Shown here in pieces: positions 7,952 through 16,456 of a stretch of DNA of 60,042 nt. The translations under genes and the position numbers were made by a program. The notes beneath the pieces were generated by a model, which worked only from the letters and a program-made list of their open reading frames with translations, did not search any database and was not told where the DNA came from. The stretch's first letter is position 1, and each line of letters begins with the position of its first letter. The DNA lies in IMG/VR virus record IMGVR_UViG_3300000301_000017, positions 1-60,042 of that record. One strand, given 5' to 3'. The stretch comes from a virus.

Positions 7952-8131
7952 ATGCTTGAAACCACCATTTACGCCGTGTTGATCGGCGCCGTCGCGGCGG
8001 GGACCATCGCCGCTGAAAAGAGATCCCGTCATCTGCGTGAGCAGCGCGCGGCAGACAAAGAAGCATACCGCATGCGCGTCCAGCAGAACCGCGCTGAGCT
8101 TCGCAAAGCCCTGCTGCAGGGTAGCCTGTGA
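7952..8131 (+). CDS. Small single-pass membrane protein
   Basis: A hydrophobic N-terminus is followed by a basic helical tail. A paralogue-like ORF lies at 9070..9234. Confidence 0.4.
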   Translation: MLETTIYAVLIGAVAAGTIAAEKRSRHLREQRAADKEAYRMRVQQNRAELRKALLQGSL

Positions 8132-8142
8132 GGTGGGACATC

Positions 8143-8484
8143 ATGTTTACAAAAGAAGAACTCGAAGAGATTGCGAAGGCGGACGCTGAGATCGACGCGA
8201 TGGAAGATACCGTAACGCCTGAAAGCCTTGCAATCTCTCGAGAACTTGATAAGGTGGCGCATAAGCAGGCAGTAAGCGCAGGCAGATTAAAAAGCCTTAC
8301 ACCGGAGGAGCGAGCTGAACACCGGAAGCTCCTCCATCGAGAATACATGAGGGACTACAATCATAGACCCTATGTAATGGAAAGGATAAAGGCCTACAAT
8401 AGCCGACCAGAAGTACGAGAAAAGCGCATTGCATATCTACGCGAGTGGCGGGCAAGAAAAAAACGGCAGGAGGAATTCCAATGA
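8143..8484 (+). CDS. Hypothetical protein
   Basis: The ORF has a GAGGTGG RBS and no recognisable motif. Confidence 0.4.
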   Translation: MFTKEELEEIAKADAEIDAMEDTVTPESLAISRELDKVAHKQAVSAGRLKSLTPEERAEHRKLLHREYMRDYNHRPYVMERIKAYNSRPEVREKRIAYLREWRARKKRQEEFQ

Positions 8485-8621
8485 ATCGCGAACAAACAAC
8501 AATCAGAATTCCTGTGAAACTCAAAGAGACCATTAAGATAGAAGCGAAAAAAAGAGGATTTTCATTCAACGCTTTGATTCTGATGATCTTGAACGAGGAA
8601 CGAAACCATCATCAAACGTAA
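8481..8621 (+). CDS. RHH-like small protein, type A copy 3
   Basis: MNREQTTIRIPVKLKETIKIEAKKRGFSFNALIL. It is ATGA-coupled to the upstream gene. Confidence 0.6.
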   Translation: MNREQTTIRIPVKLKETIKIEAKKRGFSFNALILMILNEERNHHQT

Positions 8622-8787
8622 TTGGTCCATGTTTTCCTTCCCATTCGCTTATATGGGACAAGATAAGCTGTTCAATTTCTTTGTTTGCCGATCTTCCATT
8701 ACGATCAGCAATGTATTTTAGCTTGTCCATTGTCTCAGAAGGAATTCTGAGCGCATACTGCGGATGCTTATGAACGCCTTGTGGCAT
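8566..8787 (-). CDS. Arc/Mnt-like RHH repressor, type B copy 3
   Basis: QYALRIPSETMDKLKYIADRNGRSANKEIE. It overlaps A3 convergently by 56 nt. Confidence 0.7.
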   Translation of the reverse strand: MPQGVHKHPQYALRIPSETMDKLKYIADRNGRSANKEIEQLILSHISEWEGKHGPITFDDGFVPRSRSSESKR

Positions 8788-8851
8788 ATTGACACCTCCT
8801 TGGCACTTTTATGATTTTATAATAACCGCAAAAATAAAAAACGAAAAGATA

Positions 8852-8880
8852 TTGACATCACAATGACGGCCACTTATAAT
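8852..8880 (+). promoter_or_regulatory. Consensus sigma-70 promoter of cassette 3
   Basis: TTGACA, a 17-nt spacer and TATAAT, in the same context (atattgacatcac) as cassette 1. Confidence 0.7.
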
Positions 8881-8923
8881 ATAAGTGTCAAGTGGACATC
8901 CACTACGTGCTGGAGGTGATCAT

Positions 8924-9076
8924 GTGCAACGGTCGCGAGTAGGACTCCGCATACCTTACGATCTCAATACCTATTTGATTTTACGATCGGAGAAACAAGG
9001 AGTATCAAAGAACGCCCTGATCCTGCAGATCCTGTGGGAATGGGTAGAGAATCAGAAGGAGGAACCAAAATGTTAA
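8924..9076 (+). CDS. RHH-like small protein, type C copy 3 (GTG start)
   Basis: VGLRIPYDLNTYLILRSEKQGVSKNALILQILWEWVENQKE. A GGAGGTG RBS precedes it. Confidence 0.55.
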   Translation: MQRSRVGLRIPYDLNTYLILRSEKQGVSKNALILQILWEWVENQKEEPKC

Positions 9077-9234
9077 GCATTATCTTGATTATCACCGGTG
9101 GCGCGTGCATCGCGACGGCGGCCATCATGTTGACGGCAACGGCCAATCATAACCATCGTGTGCGTGCACAGCGGGCCAAACAAATCGCAGCTGCACGCGC
9201 AGAGATGCGCAAGCAGCTGAAAGGAGGAGAATAA
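9070..9234 (+). CDS. 54-aa single-pass membrane protein, payload of cassette 3
   Basis: MLSIILIITGGACIATAAIMLTA is followed by a basic tail. Its start overlaps the C3 stop. Confidence 0.45.
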   Translation: MLSIILIITGGACIATAAIMLTATANHNHRVRAQRAKQIAAARAEMRKQLKGGE

Positions 9235-9237
9235 TTG

Positions 9238-9600
9238 ATGGATAAAGAAAAGGCCGCCCCCGCGCCGAAGCGCGAAAGCGGCAAAGAAAACTTATCTTCT
9301 ATTAGTATCGCACAAAGCACCCATTTTGTCAAGGTATCAGATGTGCTGCATGCGTTGAAAGAAGACGACGAAACCCCGACCGAGTGGTCCAAAGGATACA
9401 ACGCTGCTCTCGGTGATATGAAGACGGTCATTAGAGGCCTAAAAAAATACCGAGCGGAGGAAGATGATGTATGGAGCCGGCTGCGGCGTGACTGTGAGGA
9501 TCCAAATAGCGGACTAAGCGCTTGTGAGTACAACGTGCCAGGACCAAATGGAGGACGGTATCTGATAAGCATTATGTATCGAGAGACAAGCAGAAGATAA
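9238..9600 (+). CDS. Hypothetical protein
   Basis: The ORF has a GGAGGAG RBS. Confidence 0.4.
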   Translation: MDKEKAAPAPKRESGKENLSSISIAQSTHFVKVSDVLHALKEDDETPTEWSKGYNAALGDMKTVIRGLKKYRAEEDDVWSRLRRDCEDPNSGLSACEYNVPGPNGGRYLISIMYRETSRR

Positions 9601-9612
9601 GGAGGATCCGAA

Positions 9613-9825
9613 ATGATTGTAGCAGGATATGAAGGAATTGGTCCAGAGTCAGGAAAGCATGTAGACGCAGATGACGCGCTGAACTATGCGATGATCCGCT
9701 GCGGGATCACTTGGGACGCACCGATCGATGGATTCAAACCGGACGTTCGCGATGAGTTCGAGCAGGCGTTTATGGAGTGGTTTTACTCTGGTAACTGGGT
9801 GCCTGTAATCACAAAAGAAGCGTGA
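9613..9825 (+). CDS. Hypothetical protein
   Basis: The ORF has an AAGGAGGA RBS. Confidence 0.4.
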   Translation: MIVAGYEGIGPESGKHVDADDALNYAMIRCGITWDAPIDGFKPDVRDEFEQAFMEWFYSGNWVPVITKEA

Positions 9826-9835
9826 GGAGAAAACT

Positions 9836-10342
9836 ATGGATCATTTATATGAACTGACCGCTGACTATATGCGGCTGCTGGATGCAATCGAGGCGGGGGA
9901 GATCCCCGAAGAAGCGATTGAAGATACGCTGGCAGGCATTGAAGGTGAAATTGACGAGAAGATTGACGCGATTGCCTGCATGGTCAAGGAATTGACTGGC
10001 GAGGCGGAAAGCATCTCGGAAGAAGAACGAAGCCTTGCAGAGCGCCGACGCGCGAAGGAACGGAAGGCCGCACGCCTGAAGGATTATATCCGCGACCAGA
10101 TGGCGCTGACGAATAGGAAAAAGATCGAAACGGCGCGCAATGTTGTGCGCTTAGGAGGATTAACCAAGCGCGTTGAGATCACAGATCTAGAAGCGCTCAA
10201 AAGTTATAAGGAAGCATGGAAGCCGTACACCTACAAGGTTACGGACGTAGACAAGGTCGCACTTAGGGCCTTGCTGCAAGAAGGGAAACAAATCCCTGGT
10301 GCGAAATTATCAGAAGGGCAGCGCACCTTGACGATCAAGTGA
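9836..10342 (+). CDS. Siphovirus Gp157-like protein
   Basis: LYELTADYMRLLDAIEAGEIPEEAIEDTL..IEGE...KIDAIA is the typical Gp157-family N-terminus. It lies upstream of a recombinase. Confidence 0.6.
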   Translation: MDHLYELTADYMRLLDAIEAGEIPEEAIEDTLAGIEGEIDEKIDAIACMVKELTGEAESISEEERSLAERRRAKERKAARLKDYIRDQMALTNRKKIETARNVVRLGGLTKRVEITDLEALKSYKEAWKPYTYKVTDVDKVALRALLQEGKQIPGAKLSEGQRTLTIK

Positions 10343-10352
10343 GGATAAATCG

Positions 10353-11108
10353 ATGGAGAATAACCTTGTATTATACAACCAATTTAGAAAGCCTCCAAAA
10401 GAGGCGTTGAGGACAATCGCAGCCGGGCGACTGAAAGGTAAAACCGATATCAACCCAATGTGGCGCCTCAAAGCGTTAACGGAAGCCTTCGGACCTTGCG
10501 GAATCGGGTGGAAGTACACGATCGAGAAGCAGTGGCTGGAAGTCGGAATTCCCTTTACATTCATGGATGGAAACGGCCAGATTATCAGCGGAAATGAAAT
10601 TTCTGCGTTCTGCAACATTCTGTTGTATTACAAATACAACGGAGAATGGAGTGAGGGCATTCCGGGTAACGGAGGTGCCGCGTTCATAGCATTAGAGAGA
10701 TCAGGGCCGCATACTTCCGATGAGTGCTACAAGATGGCACTCACGGATGCACTGAGTGTGGCTGCGAAGGCTTTGGGGATTGCCGCTGACGTGTACTGGG
10801 AGAAGGATCCGACAAAGTACAGCGCTATAGAAGAGGGACAAGCCCCTAGAAAAGCATCCGCGGCGCCGGCAGCACAGCAAGCGAAGCAACGTGTACCAGC
10901 TGCACAGATGATCAGCCGCCAACAGCAGGAGGAGCTCATGAAGCTGGCGCACGACGCTGGTTGCACGCTCAATCAGGTCATGGGACGCGCTCGCAAAATG
11001 TACCCAAACGCGGCGCCACAGACAATTGGAGATCTGACACTGGAACAGTTTATGCAGCTCTCGAAAATCTTGTCTGATCACATCGCTCAGACAAAGGAGG
11101 CGGTATAA
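10353..11108 (+). CDS. Single-strand annealing protein, Rad52/Sak-like
   Basis: LTEAFGPCGIGWKY resembles the Rad52-type FG..GW motif. It sits between Gp157 and SSB. Confidence 0.55.
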   Translation: MENNLVLYNQFRKPPKEALRTIAAGRLKGKTDINPMWRLKALTEAFGPCGIGWKYTIEKQWLEVGIPFTFMDGNGQIISGNEISAFCNILLYYKYNGEWSEGIPGNGGAAFIALERSGPHTSDECYKMALTDALSVAAKALGIAADVYWEKDPTKYSAIEEGQAPRKASAAPAAQQAKQRVPAAQMISRQQQEELMKLAHDAGCTLNQVMGRARKMYPNAAPQTIGDLTLEQFMQLSKILSDHIAQTKEAV

Positions 11109-11684
11109 ATGCTGCAATTTGAAGTCGATAAAGCGCGCGTTGAAAAGGACGCATCCGGCACCTGGCTGTGTGTGAAGACAGCTTCGCCTCGGGATGCTGA
11201 AGCGGCGCTTGCAGACATTCAAAATAAGAAGCGGTGCACGGTAATGATTAAACCTCGACGACGCAGCTTGACGTCGAATGCGTACTTCTGGGTGCTTGTC
11301 GGAAAGGTAGCATCATCGCTCAACTTGACTTCAACAGAGGTATACAGAAGCTACATCGGGGAAATAGGTAACAATTTCGAGATTGTTCCTATCAGAAAAG
11401 AAGCCGCGGCGACCTGGAAAAAGAATTGGGAGCAGAAAGGACTCGGATGGGTTTGTGAAGAAATCGGAAACAGCGCCTTTCCTGGGTATGTGGAGATGCT
11501 CTGTTATTACGGACCCTTCACATACGACTCCCAGCAGATGTCAGGGCTTATTTCCATGGCCCTGCAGGATTGTGCAGCACTCGATATTCCGATCAATGAA
11601 GGGGAGATCCCGGAGTCGATACAAAATACATGGTCAGAAGTAAAACAAAAGGGGGTTAAAACATGCTCAATGTTGCCGTTTTGA
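11109..11684 (+). CDS. NinB/Orf-like recombination mediator (tentative)
   Basis: VMIKPRRRSLTSNAYFWVLVGKVASSL parallels lambda NinB (TIQERNRSLDQNRKLWACLGDVSRQV). Confidence 0.45.
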   Translation: MLQFEVDKARVEKDASGTWLCVKTASPRDAEAALADIQNKKRCTVMIKPRRRSLTSNAYFWVLVGKVASSLNLTSTEVYRSYIGEIGNNFEIVPIRKEAAATWKKNWEQKGLGWVCEEIGNSAFPGYVEMLCYYGPFTYDSQQMSGLISMALQDCAALDIPINEGEIPESIQNTWSEVKQKGVKTCSMLPF

Positions 11685-12226
11685 TGGGGCGTCTGACGGC
11701 TGATCCGGAGCTCAGAACCACGCCCAACAATATCCCGGTAACGACGTTCTGCATGGCGGTAGACCGCAGGTTTTCCCGCCAAGGAGCGGAAAAGGAAACC
11801 GATTTTATTTATGTGACGGCATGGAGAAATACAGCAGAGTTCGTCTGCAAGTATTTCCAGAAAGGATCAATGATTGCTGTGCAAGGCTCCATTCGCGTGG
11901 AGAACTACACGGATCGCGATGGCAATCACCGTACCCGTACAGAAGTCATTGCGGATCAGGTGAGCTTTTGCGGAAGCAAGCGGGAAACGCAAACCCATGG
12001 ACCTGATATGGGGACTCCTGCAGATCAGCTGCCGCCAGACCTAGCGTCGGCGTACCAACGTATGCAAAATCCCGCCGTAAACCGGAGCCAGAGCATGGAT
12101 AGCTATCGAGAAGATCCGGCGGCACCGGTGCAGACAACACTTGCAGAAGCTTCTGGAAGCGCGGCTCCGGAAACAGACTGGCGTGCACCGATGACGCAGG
12201 ATGAAATGGATGACCTTCCATTTTAA
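11663..12226 (+). CDS. ssb: Single-stranded DNA-binding protein
   Basis: The OB-fold N-terminus reads MLNVAVLMGRLTADPELR and the acidic tail ends DDLPF. Confidence 0.92.
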   Translation: MLNVAVLMGRLTADPELRTTPNNIPVTTFCMAVDRRFSRQGAEKETDFIYVTAWRNTAEFVCKYFQKGSMIAVQGSIRVENYTDRDGNHRTRTEVIADQVSFCGSKRETQTHGPDMGTPADQLPPDLASAYQRMQNPAVNRSQSMDSYREDPAAPVQTTLAEASGSAAPETDWRAPMTQDEMDDLPF

Positions 12227-12260
12227 CGAGCCCTAGTAGGGCCCGAAAGGAGATGGTCAA

Positions 12261-13124
12261 GTGGCCCGTCCGATCAAAGATGGGGTTGATTATTTTCCAC
12301 TTGATGTTGCACTGGATGAAAAATTTGAGCTGATTGAAGCAGAATTTGGGCTGATAGGATTTGCAGTAGTCGTTAAGCTGTATCAAAGAATTTACGAGCG
12401 AGGTTACTACTGCGAATGGACAAACGAGGTTGCATTGTTGTTTGGGCATAAGATTGGCCTTGGTGGCAATGCCGTTTCTGAAATAGTAGCTGCGGCAATC
12501 AGAAGAGGTATTTTCGACAAAGACATGTTTGATAAATATGGAATTCTTACATCAAAAGGAATCCAAAAGAGATACTTTGAGGCAGTCGCCCGCCGTAAAC
12601 TTGTCAATGTCAAAAAGCAATACCTCTTAGTTAGTGTTGCCGATTTTTTAAAAAGTGAAAACATTAACTTTGAAAATGTAATCATAAACCCCGAAAATGA
12701 CAGCAATAATTCGCAAAGAAAAGTAAAGGAAAGTAAAGTAAAGAAAAGAAAAGAAAATAATAAGTGCGGAGCCGCAGAAGCTGCGACTCCACACCGCAGC
12801 AACGCTGTGATTACAATTCCGCTGAATGATCGGACGGAGTATGAAGTGACTGATGCATATGTGAAAGAATGGGCTGAGCTCTATCCGGCCGTAAACATCA
12901 TGCAGGAACTGCGAAAGATGAAGGGGTGGTGTGAAGGAAACCCCAATAAGCGGAAGACAAGAAAAGGCGTCCTGCGATTTATTCACGCCTGGCTTTCCAA
13001 GGCGCAGGACCAAGGAGGATCCCGATATGGAGGACAAAGATTGGACCATACATCCGTCGCTCGTGGCGGAACTCAAACGCCGACTCAGCCAGCCGCATCC
13101 GGTAAATACGGCGAGTATCTATGA
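12261..13124 (+). CDS. Replication initiator/organiser with a DUF4373 (Lin1244/Lin1753-like) N-terminal domain
   Basis: ARPIKDGVDYFPLDVALDEKFELIEAEFGLIGFAVVVKLYQRIY. It has a GTG start and lies upstream of a DnaC-like loader. Confidence 0.6.
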   Translation: MARPIKDGVDYFPLDVALDEKFELIEAEFGLIGFAVVVKLYQRIYERGYYCEWTNEVALLFGHKIGLGGNAVSEIVAAAIRRGIFDKDMFDKYGILTSKGIQKRYFEAVARRKLVNVKKQYLLVSVADFLKSENINFENVIINPENDSNNSQRKVKESKVKKRKENNKCGAAEAATPHRSNAVITIPLNDRTEYEVTDAYVKEWAELYPAVNIMQELRKMKGWCEGNPNKRKTRKGVLRFIHAWLSKAQDQGGSRYGGQRLDHTSVARGGTQTPTQPAASGKYGEYL

Positions 13125-13866
13125 TAGACTCGACCGAGAAGTGAAGGCTCTGAATGATACAGAAGGGGACTTGTCAGGCCGGCATTGCGAAACATGCAAG
13201 GACAAAGGTGTCGTCTACGTGCGAAACGGCGAATACATCGAATATCGGACATGCAGCTGCATGCCGGCAAGGCGGGCAATGTGGAGAATCGAGCGAAGCG
13301 GGCTCGGTGAGAGCTTGCAGCGCTGCACATTTGAGACGTTCCTGGCGTCGGAACCATGGCAGAAGGCAATGAAAACGGCAGCCGACCGGTTTGTGGAGGA
13401 TCATAGTGGCGCGTGGTTTTTTGCCGGCGGACAACCTGGCGCAGGCAAAACGCACATCTGCACGGCGATCGTCGGAGAGTTGTTAAAGCGTGGGAAGGAA
13501 GCACGGTACATGCTCTGGAAGGACGAAGCAACGTACCTTAAGGCACATATAAACGAGGACACCTATGAGGCGCGTATCGGTACGCTTAAGACGGTTGAGG
13601 TTCTATACATTGACGACTTCTTCAAGACGCCGTATGCCGATGATGGAACGCGCCGTCGGCCGACGGCTGGGGATCTCAACCTGGCGTTCGAGATTCTCAA
13701 TGCGCGGTATGTCGGACGGCTGACGACGCTGATCACGAGCGAGCGGACGATCGACGAGCTGCTGGACATTGACGAGGCGGTCGGCAGCCGCATATACGAG
13801 CGGAGTAAGGGCTATGCGTATAATCTGGCGCCTGATCGCGCGAAAAATTGGAGGTTGCGTGTATGA
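13027..13866 (+). CDS. DnaC/IstB-like AAA+ helicase loader
   Basis: Walker A is GQPGAGKTH and Walker B is VLYIDDF. The start is uncertain (13027 or 12931) and overlaps the upstream gene. Confidence 0.8.
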   Translation: MEDKDWTIHPSLVAELKRRLSQPHPVNTASIYDRLDREVKALNDTEGDLSGRHCETCKDKGVVYVRNGEYIEYRTCSCMPARRAMWRIERSGLGESLQRCTFETFLASEPWQKAMKTAADRFVEDHSGAWFFAGGQPGAGKTHICTAIVGELLKRGKEARYMLWKDEATYLKAHINEDTYEARIGTLKTVEVLYIDDFFKTPYADDGTRRRPTAGDLNLAFEILNARYVGRLTTLITSERTIDELLDIDEAVGSRIYERSKGYAYNLAPDRAKNWRLRV

Positions 13867-14069
13867 ACGCATATGAGGAGAGCGTGCTTTGCCGAGCGGA
13901 AGCAAAGCGGACACGCATTATTGCCCGCGAGGGTGACCTTGGCGGGGAGCGGCGGAAGCCGTGGTATCTGGAGGCGCTGGCCGACGAGATCCGTCAGCAG
14001 GATTATGCCATGGCGATGATGGACGGAAGCAGAAAAGCAATGATTGGCCGCGCAGCGGCCGGCGTGTAA
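13863..14069 (+). CDS. Hypothetical protein
   Basis: The ORF is ATGA-coupled to the loader gene. Confidence 0.35.
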   Translation: MNAYEESVLCRAEAKRTRIIAREGDLGGERRKPWYLEALADEIRQQDYAMAMMDGSRKAMIGRAAAGV

Positions 14070-14083
14070 GAAGGGAGAAAAAC

Positions 14084-14944
14084 ATGAAAGTGCAACTTAA
14101 AGACTTGCAACGTGGAGATACGTTTTATGGCGCGGGCATCCAGTGGCTCGTGCTGGGCCACACCAAAAGTAGCCAAGGGTTACCCATTGTCACGCACATC
14201 GTTTCCTCCGGCATTGTCGAGTGCCGGGCCTTCGATGAGACGAACCGCAACGACCTCGGCGTCAGCACCCTTTTGACCTACCTCAACGGGGAATTCCTCG
14301 AGAGGCTCTATGACGCCTTCGGAGAAGGGGCCGTCGAGGAACAGTTCATCGACCTCACCAGCAACGACGGCCTCAAGGACTACGGGAACGCCAAGACGAA
14401 GGTGGGCCTGCTCACCGAGGATGAGTACCGGCAGCACCGCGACATCCTCCCGCCCCTAGACGACGAGGGCTGGTGGTGGCTGGCGACGCCGTACTCCACC
14501 GAGCGGGCAGGCTACTCATCATCCTATGTCCGCATCGTGTACTCGGACGGGGCGCTCGGCAACTACAGCGCGTGCATCGACACCTACGGCGTCCGCCCGG
14601 CTTTGTATCTGAAATCCGAAATCTCGGTATCTCTGGAAGGGAACGACGAAAACACCATTGAGGTGAGTGAGAAGGAGCTCTATAAGGCGGCGGTGCAGAA
14701 GTTCGGCGAGCAAGCCCAAATCCTCGTCGCCATCGAGGAGATGAGCGAACTCACCAAGGTCCTCCTCAAGTACATCCGGCTAATAGATTTCGACCAAGGA
14801 AACTACGATGATATCATCGAAAACATAGCTGAGGAGCGGGCAGACGTCGAAATTATGATGAAGCAGCTCAATGAAATTTTCGGATCCAACGACGTTGCTA
14901 TGACGAAGAAAATGGATCATCTTAGAGAACTCGTGAAATCATGA
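14084..14944 (+). CDS. Fusion of a DUF6273-like domain and a MazG-like NTP pyrophosphohydrolase
   Basis: The N-terminal part has GAGIQWLVLG ... YGVRPALYL. The C-terminal part has AIEEMSELTK ... AEERADVEIMMKQL, the MazG EExxE / ExxD pattern. Confidence 0.6.
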   Translation: MKVQLKDLQRGDTFYGAGIQWLVLGHTKSSQGLPIVTHIVSSGIVECRAFDETNRNDLGVSTLLTYLNGEFLERLYDAFGEGAVEEQFIDLTSNDGLKDYGNAKTKVGLLTEDEYRQHRDILPPLDDEGWWWLATPYSTERAGYSSSYVRIVYSDGALGNYSACIDTYGVRPALYLKSEISVSLEGNDENTIEVSEKELYKAAVQKFGEQAQILVAIEEMSELTKVLLKYIRLIDFDQGNYDDIIENIAEERADVEIMMKQLNEIFGSNDVAMTKKMDHLRELVKS

Positions 14945-14971
14945 GATTTTATTTTAGATTGGAGGATCACA

Positions 14972-15223
14972 ATGAATAACGCAATATGCAGAGGGTGCGG
15001 AGCATCTATCGTTTGGATAAAAACGAAATCCGGAAAGTCAATGCCCTGCGATGCGGAACCCGTCCATTATGTACTTGGTGGCAAAGACAGGGCCGTTACG
15101 GCATCTGGAAACGTTGTGAGCTGTGAGATTGTATCGGGCGGAGGCGAGATCGGATATCGTCCGCATTGGGCAACGTGTCCGAACGCGAAGCGGTTTAAAA
15201 TCGGTGGCAGTAGGAGGAACTGA
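14972..15223 (+). CDS. Small zinc-ribbon protein
   Basis: CRGCGASIVW ... GYRPHWATCPN. Confidence 0.5.
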   Translation: MNNAICRGCGASIVWIKTKSGKSMPCDAEPVHYVLGGKDRAVTASGNVVSCEIVSGGGEIGYRPHWATCPNAKRFKIGGSRRN

Positions 15224-15226
15224 AAA

Positions 15227-15634
15227 GTGAGCTACGATATTTATTTGGTTGATCCTGTTACACGGGAGGCGCTGCAAGCTGATGTCGCACATCAGATGCG
15301 AGGTGGTACATACGCAATAGGCGGGACTTCCGAGATGTGGCTTAACGTCACTTACAACTACGCGAAGTGGTATTACAAAGACTATGCCTTCGGGGAGAAA
15401 GGCATTCGTGCTATCTATGGCCTTTCTGGATCCGAGAGTATTCCAGTGCTCCGAAAGGCTATTGATGGCCTGGAAGCATCCAAAGAGGAGCTACCTGAAG
15501 ATGAAGTTAAAAAGTGCGCGGAGAATGGCATAGCCGGATATTGGGTGCCTACTAGAGAGAACGCTATCAAACCACTGTACCAGCTTTTGGCATTTGCTCA
15601 GATGCGTCCTGATGGAGTATGGGAAGGGGATTGA
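15227..15634 (+). CDS. Hypothetical protein (GTG start)
   Basis: The ORF has a GGAGG RBS. Confidence 0.4.
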   Translation: MSYDIYLVDPVTREALQADVAHQMRGGTYAIGGTSEMWLNVTYNYAKWYYKDYAFGEKGIRAIYGLSGSESIPVLRKAIDGLEASKEELPEDEVKKCAENGIAGYWVPTRENAIKPLYQLLAFAQMRPDGVWEGD

Positions 15635-15643
15635 CATAAAGAA

Positions 15644-15889
15644 ATGAAAGCTGAAAAGTGCAAAGCGTGCGGATCTCCCGTTATTTGGAAGGAAACAAGA
15701 ATCGGGAAAGTTCTGTGCGACGCGCATCCTATTCATTACGAGGTCGGAGGAGACTAAGTGATCGTCACAGAAGACGGAGACACGGTGTTACGAGCAATCG
15801 TGCCCAGCGGAGGAAAGCTCGGATATCGCCCGCACTATGCTACTTGCAAGAGCGCAGAAAATCTGGTTGATGCGTATAAGGAGAAATGA
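15644..15889 (+). pseudogene. Paralogue of 14972..15223 interrupted by an in-frame TAA (15755..15757)
   Basis: CKACGSPVIW...HYEVGGD*VIVTEDG...GYRPHYATC aligns end to end with the intact copy. Confidence 0.55.
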
Positions 15890-15890
15890 A

Positions 15891-16238
15891 ATGGACGAAC
15901 AAAATGAACTCAATTATAGACTTATTCGTGTACCTAGACTAGGAAGATTCGGATTTGACACTGTGGCAATACCAGTTTCAGAAGAAAGCAAGGAAGAAGA
16001 GAGAGAACAAAAGCTAAAAACGCAGGATGAAGAGCGAAAACGGTTAATGGAGCTTTTGAAAGAGCATCCGGACTTGCCGATTATTCCGATTATCACGCTT
16101 GATTTTGGGCTGAGATATGGAAACTCACCTATATCAGAAGACTTTATTGAGGGCGAGATTACGTCCATAAAGCTTGGTAACGATCCGAATCATGGGAAAG
16201 GAATTTATGTTTATATCTATGTGAAAGAAATCATGTAA
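15891..16238 (+). CDS. Hypothetical protein
   Basis: The ORF has an AAGGAG RBS. Confidence 0.4.
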   Translation: MDEQNELNYRLIRVPRLGRFGFDTVAIPVSEESKEEEREQKLKTQDEERKRLMELLKEHPDLPIIPIITLDFGLRYGNSPISEDFIEGEITSIKLGNDPNHGKGIYVYIYVKEIM

Positions 16239-16456
16239 GGGGGGCAAAACAACGATTAAACGAGATTTAGATGATTGCTATTTTCGCGTTTACCGCGACG
16301 GGCAATGGGAAAATGTATGCTTTTCTGATCTATCAGGTCTTGAACGCGAAAAAGCTGTAAAAGGATGGTCGGCGGACGCATTGTTTAGATTAGCGTGTCA
16401 TTTGGCGGATCAGCTACACGTTGTAGGTGATGCACATGATATTTACGGAGGCTGAA

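Noticed and set aside
12931-13026. Longer N-terminal extension of the DnaC-like gene (start at 12931)
   Set aside because: The extension lies wholly inside the upstream initiator gene in another frame and has odd composition. ATG 13027 with a GGAGGA RBS is preferred, although this still overlaps the upstream gene.
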